64,000 nt of DNA from the human T2T-CHM13v2.0 reference genome, Homo sapiens: NCBI RefSeq assembly GCF_009914755.1, contig NC_060936.1; one strand, 5' to 3'. Both the position numbers and the translations under genes were made by a program. A model generated the notes under the pieces. It searched no databases. It saw only the letters and a program-made list of their open reading frames with translations, and was not told the DNA's origin. This document shows, in pieces, positions 55,838-64,000 of the stretch (position 1 is its first letter; each line of letters begins with the position of its first letter).

Positions 55838-58084
55838 CGATTTCCACTTCTTATTTATCACCTATGCGTATGACCTTTGTGCAATACAGTAAGATCCCAC
55901 TTCCTGAAAACTCAAGGCATCAGTTTGGAGATCAGATTCATTATACTCCAATCTTGATGGCAGCTGCAAACCGGTTCTGCCTCTAGTCCCTGCTGCAACT
56001 CAAAGGATGTTAATGATATTTGAAAAAAATAAAGAAGTATAACCCTTCACTAATTCTCCAAGTTGGTGTTCACTGAAGTATGGTAGGTTGAGAAAGGGTC
56101 AACTGCACTCTTTCCTTCTTTCCAAAACTCTTCCATCTTACTACCACTTTATAATATATTATATTCTTCTAATGTCCGAAATGGTCATAATTTTTCCACA
56201 GAATACAGATCAGTATATTAGAGAGAAAAATTAAGAGTTTGTTCATTTAAATATAAGTACTAGTGGTCCTATTCTGAAGGGTTTTCAGGTGTGTAGGGGG
56301 GGTGATGTATTTAATATAGCTAAGTTATGAAACACATTTTATTCCAAGGCATTTATTAACTGGGGTGTCACCCTACTTTAATTGAAAGATGAAACTCCTA
56401 CCCAAGAGTTATTTGTAGAGGCTCAAATAAAATATCAATTTCTTTCTACATTATGTTTAAACATTATTCTACTTATCTACAGAGAGGAAGTGGAATAAAG
56501 TGATCCCTGGACCTGTGAAACCATCTGTCTTAGATATTAGTGGTCAAGTAGAGTTCAAAAATATAGAAATTGAATTTAATCGTATTTAATCACCAAATCC
56601 TCAGAATGCATTCACTCTGATATGAAAAGATATAGAAATATACAGACACATTAATTCCACAAAGGAATAACACGCTTATTGAGGAATCATTAATTACTTA
56701 GTCATTTGGCATATAAGACACTACTATGTACTTAATTTTACTTTAAAATATGGTAAATAAGCACATTTTAGTTCTGAATTTGGATACTCAAGTCAATCTC
56801 TTAATTTTGTGAAAAAAATAAAATTCATCTTTTCTGGATATAGTTTTATCTGTTAGAGAGGTTTAAGTCAGCTCTGCCTGAAGTTAAAGGGAGGAATTTG
56901 GCGATATCTTAAAATCCAACCTATACATAAATTAAATACTATTGTGAATTGAGACGAGAGAGAGAGAGAGTCCCCAAGAGAATACACTAATCTTCTCTTC
57001 AATTTCCAGATGCCTAAGTGGTTTTACAAGCCTATGAAGGGATGACTGCAATTGCACGCTTTCAAAGAACAAAGAATTTTTAGGAAGAAAGTAATATTCC
57101 CAAAATGGTAGCTTTTCATCTTCATCTTCACCTAAAAATGATCCATGATACTTTTACGGATATGTCCATCTGGAGTGAGTAAGTGACTCTCAAAGCCCCT
57201 GAATGTCCTATGATTCTATGCAGTATTTCATTTGGCTTCCAACCTTTCTCTTACGTTAACAATTTGCTGTCCTAAGATGCTAAAAATCAATAGAAATTCT
57301 TTAGGCCAATAAAGCCTGGCCTGTGTAGGAATTTTCAACAGCTTTATAGGTAACATATTCTGAAACTATGGGCAGCAATAAAGGAAAAGCATTGATGCAT
57401 GGAAGACAGCTAGAAGTTCTAGGCAGACTGTATTTGAAAGAGAGAACAAAGTCACACGGGACAGAGTAAGCTGTCAACACTGCATCATCTGTTTTCTGAC
57501 ATGCTTCATGGGTCATCATGCCTCCCCTGTTGTTCAGTATAAATAAGAGCCAAGGAAGAAGGCAACAGGATTCATAGGCCACCCACTGAGGCGACATTTT
57601 GATTGTAGTGAGCATATTACCTCAGGAGTTCCCAACTGAAATGGTTACAGAACATCCCTAACTAGAGGAAACAGAACCAACCTTGCCCTAAATTGTAGCT
57701 ATTATAGAAACGCCAAAATGCTAGAAATCTTACTTTCAAGTTTTGCCATTAACTTTTTATGGAGAGGCAGTTTGAAAAATTAAAAGACAAAATAGTTACC
57801 CAATAATGTAGACCATGATTTATTTACATTGCCTCAACTTTTCAGTAGGTCATGTGATGCTGCTGAAATAAAGAAGTAAATTGTGTGAAAGATTTCTGGC
57901 TTTTTAGCCAGTTTTTACTGTTAGTATAAATAAAAATGCCCAACAGAGAAAAATACATGATTATTATTATTATCTTCAAACCACTATAGAACAATAGTGC
58001 TATCTGGTCATTAGAGTTTTTGAGCGCTGAAGGAAGTAGAAAGCTCATGGTGCTGCTCTAAAACAAGCAGTTGAGAATTTGTCA

Positions 58085-58320
58085 GGATAATATTTAGGAC
58101 GATGGGCTGTGACGCCAAGTAGCCTGGTTCAAATGTTGATTCTGTCACTTATTGTAACATCGGACATGAGCCTACATCTCTCAGGGTCCCATTTCCTTGT
58201 CTGTAAGATAGGAATAATAATGGTACCTACCTCCAAGATTGCAGTGAGCATTTAATGAGATTAATCCATATAAGGAATTTAGGGAACTGCCTGACACAGG
58301 GTAGGCGCTGAAAGTGTTAA
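58085..58320 (+). mobile_element. MIR SINE
   Basis: cctggttcaaatgttgattctgtcactta...catttccttgtctgtaagataggaataataatggtacctacctc...gcctgacacagggtaggcgct. Confidence 0.8.
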
Positions 58321-59439
58321 CCCTTGCAATGAAGGGAAAACACTTCCATGCACCTAAGAAGTCAGCCAGCTACCACAAGACCTGATATCAGCAGATGCTC
58401 TGTACTTCTCATTCAGTCATTTAGTTGGCAAATATTTATTAGCCATCTATACGAGATGTGCTGCACCAGGCACAGAGGATACAGAAAAAAAAAGAGACAA
58501 AGTCCAGGTACTCAAGGAACTTCTCATTTCATCACTTTGTCATTTTCTTGAATCAACATGCTCCACGATAGTATAAAGCCTTCCCTTTTCATATCTAGAA
58601 CTCCTGTACTTCTGCCCAATCTTTATTTTACATCACAAGGCATGTTTGTACCGTTTTCATATTTATCAGTTCGTATTACTCTACATTATTGAATCCACTT
58701 AGAAATGGAGAGTTTAAAAGTAAGCACAATTTTTCTTAATGTGATTGAGCAAAACTCCTGCAACAGATCTTGAATCCTGATAAACTGGAGGTTGAAAAGA
58801 TTCTGTCGTGTATTTATTTCAGTTACTGGCTAGTGGAAAACATGAGGTTTATTTTTAAATGAATAAAACATACATTTTAACCAACTATAAATATTGAAAA
58901 AACAAGGCTCCATTTCACTTATTGCTTATCAATAACTTAATGAAATAAAAAATTTGAAAAGCCATAAACAGAAGAGTCATATCAGGATGAATGTAAATGC
59001 CTTTTAGCAAAATATACCTCTAATATATCATATATATACGCTGATCGTGTTTTCATAAACGTATGTGATATATCAGTTCAATACGTGCAATACTGTATAT
59101 AAAGCTATCAAGAGAAAGGTAGAAAAGCCAGGCAAATCATCTTTATGGGAATAAGATGTTATTTTCCCTGAATTTCATTCAGTATACCTAATTACATTTC
59201 AGTAAGAAAAAATATAGCATTTAATTTAAATAGGACTTACATGGTGAATGCTGATATGCATTGGAAATAATACGTAAAAAAAGTTTGTGTTACCATTTTT
59301 TAGGAATACACTTTTACATAAATATATATTCTCAAGTTGTTGATACTACCAGAATATGAATAAGAGTAAGAGTAAAAACAAGTGTCAATTTTCAATTTTA
59401 TCATTTTATCCATGTCACTAAGAAGCAATAATATCTAAT

Positions 59440-60200
59440 ACAGGTGGGAATGGTCAAGGGATGTAAAGGCAGGTGGGTGAAGGTCTGATGAGGATCAGGA
59501 TATTGGAATAAAATTCGAATTTCTCCCTGATAAAACACTAATCAAAATCCAAAGGAAAAAATAATGAGGAACTTTTCAGCTCACCAACTTGACCCGGTGA
59601 GCAAGGTTAATATCACCAGTGGTAGGACAGGTTGACATAGTGTGCCTCCAGATGTGGTATACTAAGAAGAATCATAATCATTTCTGTGGGTTCCTGACAA
59701 GATGAGTAACAAGTAAACACTGGACAGACCCAGGGTGAGGCCCTACAGAATGAGAGGCCTATACTTCTAAGACCATAGAGGATATCAGAGACAGGAAAAA
59801 ACTGGAACTGCTCCAGATTGAAGGAGATGCTGGTAAATGACAACCAAATGCAACATGTGTTCTTGGCTAGAATCCTGGGCCAAGAAGAAAGAGTTTAGAT
59901 AGTTGGTGATGTTTGAATGGGGTCTGTAGATTAGATAATATTGTAATGTCAATGTTGATTCTTAACTGGAAGGTTATATGTTGGCTATATAAGATTGTCA
60001 ATGTTTGATAAAATATACACTAGAGTATTTAAAGGTGATGAAGTGTCTTGTCAGTAAATGGCTCAGAGGAATAAGAGATGGAGGGTGATGAAGCAAATGA
60101 GCTATAAAAATATTTAGGGAGTTCGGGAATCTGTTATGGTGAAGTTCTTTGTAATATACTTGTAACTTTTCTGTAGGTTTGCAGCTATTTCAATTTTTTA
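59440..60200 (+). mobile_element. L1MC4/L1MC5-like 3' UTR fragment
   Basis: tcaccagtggtaggacaggttgacat..., actggaactgctccagattgaaggag, caaccaaatgcaacatgtg, tttgaatggggtctgtagattagat. Confidence 0.7.
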
Positions 60201-60849
60201 AAATTAAAAGCAAACATTAAATTAGGAAAACTGATGCATACATGCTGCATATATGTGATGGAGCATAAGTTGATATCCTTATTATATAAAGCGTTCTTAC
60301 AAATAAGCAAGAAAAATAGCAAGAGTCTCATTTAAATGAAAAATAATATTTAGAAACTATTCATCAATTCAGACACAAATAACTTACTAACAAATATATT
60401 TCCAAAATATTCAAATTCACTAATACTCAAAAATTAGTAAATTTTAAAAGTTATAGCTAGTTTTCAGATGTTATATCAGCAAAAAATTATTTTAAATATA
60501 ATGCTCAATTCTTGAAAATGTGCATAGTTTAAGTGTGTAGTTAAAAGTTTAAGTGTGTAAGTATATAGTTTCATATTTAAGTCATTTGCAAAGCAAACAT
60601 TTTTCTTGTAATTCACTCAAAACATGTAATATCTTACTTCACTTTTGGTGCTGCTCAGACTATTTCTACTGGCTGAATTAAATGGGTTTAAGCTGAAATA
60701 TTCAATAATTGATATATTCTATGATGCATTCAGTATCCTCAAGAATGTGTCATCCCACAATCAAGTGTAATTTTTACAATACCTAGAGTTTTAAATAACC
60801 AAAGGTTAAAGTACAAAGGAAAGATGACAGCATGTCAATCACCTTCTTT

Positions 60850-63800
60850 CAAAATGCTCAGTGAATAAAAGTACTAAAAAAAGAGGCAAACATGAATGAC
60901 TTTTATTCAGCTGTTATGAAACATATCAATACATCTTTCAACCACAAAAATATAAGACTTCTCTCCAGAATCAGTGGAAGTGGAGTGTACACAACAGCAA
61001 GAGAAATAAGATTTTTTAGGTAATGGAGATAACATAAACTCCGCTGTCAATTAAGACACCAAAACAAGATTTCACATGGACTTTTTAAAAAGGTAGACAC
61101 TTAATCGTAACTAAAGGAAATAGCAAAATAAGTTAAAAGTTGAATTCTATTTCCTGAATAGTAAACTGTAGAAAAAAATTATATTTTTAAATGAGCCCTT
61201 TGTAAAATTATTTTAAGCAACTGATCAAGGGCTTAAAGAGTATTTGTGAAGTTTCACATTGACATGAAAAGACAAAAAGAGATGTATTGTAATGCCAAAG
61301 AATTAAAATTTATTACAACAATCCTTCAACATTCATTGTGGAAAAGAACATTAAAATATCAGTGCATATGAATGTATGGTAGATTAAAAAAAGAGAATTA
61401 AATGAACTTTCATGGCACATCAAAAATTTCCTTATTATACTCTGAGTTGCATCCAAAGAATTCAACTCTGTCACTAGGGAAAAGAGAAAGCAATTTAAAT
61501 CCTGTGGAAGATGCTACTTTTGATACAAAACAAAATCCATTTTTCTAGTAATACGTCAACTTAAACATCTTTTACAATTAGAAAATATAATAGAAAAGTA
61601 AATAACCCATCACAGTAGCAGTACAATACATAAGGTTCTTAGGAATTAAAATAACAAAATATGTATATACACTTTATGTAGTAATTTCAAAGAAGATGAT
61701 AGAAGACATTAAAAAATGTAGAAAGAAACCATATTACTGGATTAGAAGACTGAGTAATATAAAAATGTTACTACATTAACCCATAAATGTGATGCAATTT
61801 CAATACATACCAATGAAATTTTTTTCATAAAACTTAAACTGATTCTAGTTATTCCCAAGAATGAAGTTTCAAATGCAGCAAAAATTTCTTAACAGGAAGA
61901 ACAAAGAGACTTGAGCTTTAAGTATCAAATCTTATAAAACTATATTAATCAGGATATTGTAGTATCTCTGCAGAAATCAACAAATAGGTTAGTAGAACAG
62001 AAAACAGGGCCCAGAAACCGACCTCAGCATTGATGGAGATTTGAGGTGACATTACAAATCAGTGAGAAAACAGTGAGCTGTTGAAAAAATTGCACTGGGG
62101 CCACCAGCTTCATTGTGTTGGATATTGCACTGAATATCTACATCTAAGTAGATACCTTAGATACCTACATCTAAGTCCAACATGTCAATTTTTTTCTTAG
62201 GCAAGACTAAAGGGCATAAAAATAGAATATGTGTTTAATATAGTAAGGCAGATTAAGATGGAAATTTAAACACAGATGTATTATTATACCTTTCCAGACC
62301 CACAATTAAAAGATCAATAGGAAACTAATCAACAGTATTTGCATTTATGCCTATATGTAGTATTAATTGCAATACCAAATATTGTGCTGAGATAATCATT
62401 CCCTCACTAGAGTAACACAAACTCTCCAACACCCAAAGGAGAATGTTCAATAGCAAAAAGGATAGATATTTTTTCTTAAATGCAGTAATTGTCCAAAATT
62501 GTAGTAAATTTTGTTTCATTATATATAAGGGACCACAAATTTCTCATACAAGATTTTCTTTTTCTTAAATTTTTGAATTAGCCTTCTCTTTTTTTATATA
62601 TAGGAAAAAAATTATTTCTTCACTATGTCATTAACATAATCCCACCCTTTAGAGACAGAAAGTATTGACTAGACTGCACATCATTTAAGAAAATTTAGTA
62701 CATAAAAAACCATAAAAACTTAAAGGCAAATTAAAAATATAGACGATAATGAATTAATATCCTTATTAAATGAAGCTCATTTATAAAAAATATGGAAAAT
62801 TGACAATGCATATACATAGGCAATTTATAAAAGAAGATATATGCATGGCCAATAAGCATATGAAAAGGTATTCAACCTCATCAACAAAGTGTTACTTCTC
62901 ACCTTCTGAATGGGCAAACTTTTTAATCATTGTTGAAGAAAGTAGTTAAGTAGGCACTCTGCTGATGAGAATGCAACATATTAAAATCTGTTATGAAATA
63001 TGTATTTCATATACATAGTATGTAGAAAATTACACATACACATACATATTTCATAAATATTCACCTATATTTGGTGTGTGTAATTGTATACATATTAAAA
63101 TCTATACTTGAATCTATATCTATATATCTAGCCAATATCATAAAATTTAGAAGTACATACACACAGTGCATATAGAAAATAGCCATACTGGTTGATTATA
63201 GTCAAGGTCCATTCTAATTTGTCACTTTCCTGCTTTGGTTGTTTAGTGCCCATGGCATACTGATTACTATACATTTTGAATATCACCCATGAATACAACA
63301 GTATACTACATTTCAGTAGTAATTTTTCGCATTTGCATTTTTAAATGCATACATTAAAAAACTACAATATGAAAATCATGTATGTAAGTTTATTACTGGT
63401 ACAAAAATAGACTAATGAAACAGAAGAGACAGCTCAGAAATGATTTTAATATAAAATATAAGATTATATTTCAAATGAGGGAGGGGGAGAGATACAAAAA
63501 TGGTGTTGGAATAATTAATTATCTGTTTGAAAAAATGTTTAGAGCCTCAATTCTTAAGTACACTAAAATAAGTTATAGATGGGTTCAAGACTAAGACAGG
63601 GAAACCATAAAAAAATTATATTTTTACAAAGCAAGACTACCTGATCTCAGGATAGGAAAAACCATTTCAAAAAAAGAAAAAAATCTACGAGGAAGATATT
63701 AAGTGAAATAACAACCAAATAATAAACACATATAAAGAAGCAACGTTTGAAATGCAAAAATCCTCTTAAAGAAAAAAATTAAGTGCTCAGCAAAGTCAGA

Positions 63801-63900
63801 GCCTCTAATGTCACTGCATTTAATTATAAGGCATCATTTACAAGAAAAAATACAAAATATTCCTGTCTAAAACATTATATTTAATAGGAATTTATACATT
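60850..63900 (+). mobile_element. Degenerate L1ME-type ORF2/3' fragments
   Basis: A-rich with L1 motifs (ttaggaattaaaataacaaaatatgt; tggattagaagactgagtaat; gccaataagcatatgaaaaggtattcaacctca). Internal boundaries unresolved. Confidence 0.55.
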
Positions 63901-63918
63901 TGATGGATTTTGCTCTTT

Positions 63919-63952
63919 ACACACACACACACACACACACACGCATGCATGC
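63919..63952. repeat. (CA)n microsatellite
   Basis: acacacacacacacacacacacacgcatgcatgc. Confidence 0.85.
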
Positions 63953-64000
63953 AGAAAGAATTCTGGACCAATGACTCAAAAAAAAATATCCGTTCATTAA

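Overview
Primate, very probably human, genomic DNA lying inside the neural gene NELL2, which is on the minus strand. Six coding exons sit in a compact 5.3 kb block (31435-36710). They are 174, 97, 73, 83, 129 and 103 nt long, all GT-AG, splice in frame, and match exons 4-9 of the canonical transcript as I recall it. They encode the end of the TSP-N/LamG domain, the coiled coil and the first VWC repeat. The remainder is two long introns full of interspersed repeats: a dead L1PA inserted in a Tigger2-family DNA transposon, an ~11 kb nest of three L1 generations, four Alus, L2/MIR/L1M fossils, MLT1, MER30 and MER5A1. There are no prokaryotic systems, CRISPR arrays or RNA genes that I can support, and most ORFs in the track are repeat-derived or random. 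I found no demonstrably new biological system. The best leads, all hypotheses, are: (i) a 33-bp palindromic VNTR that is also a dense array of TEAD/MCAT sites; (ii) a possible exon 4-9 circular RNA flanked by inverted Alus, which would carry a 170-aa junction-spanning ORF; (iii) a ~165-bp inverted duplication forming a long hairpin; (iv) a 72-bp perfect palindrome at an L1PB deletion junction, plus several smaller fold-back scars; (v) candidate CTCF and REST sites; (vi) cryptic exons in an antisense L1PB. Repeat subfamily names and NELL2 exon numbers come from memory of consensus sequences, not from a search, and old-repeat boundaries are approximate.
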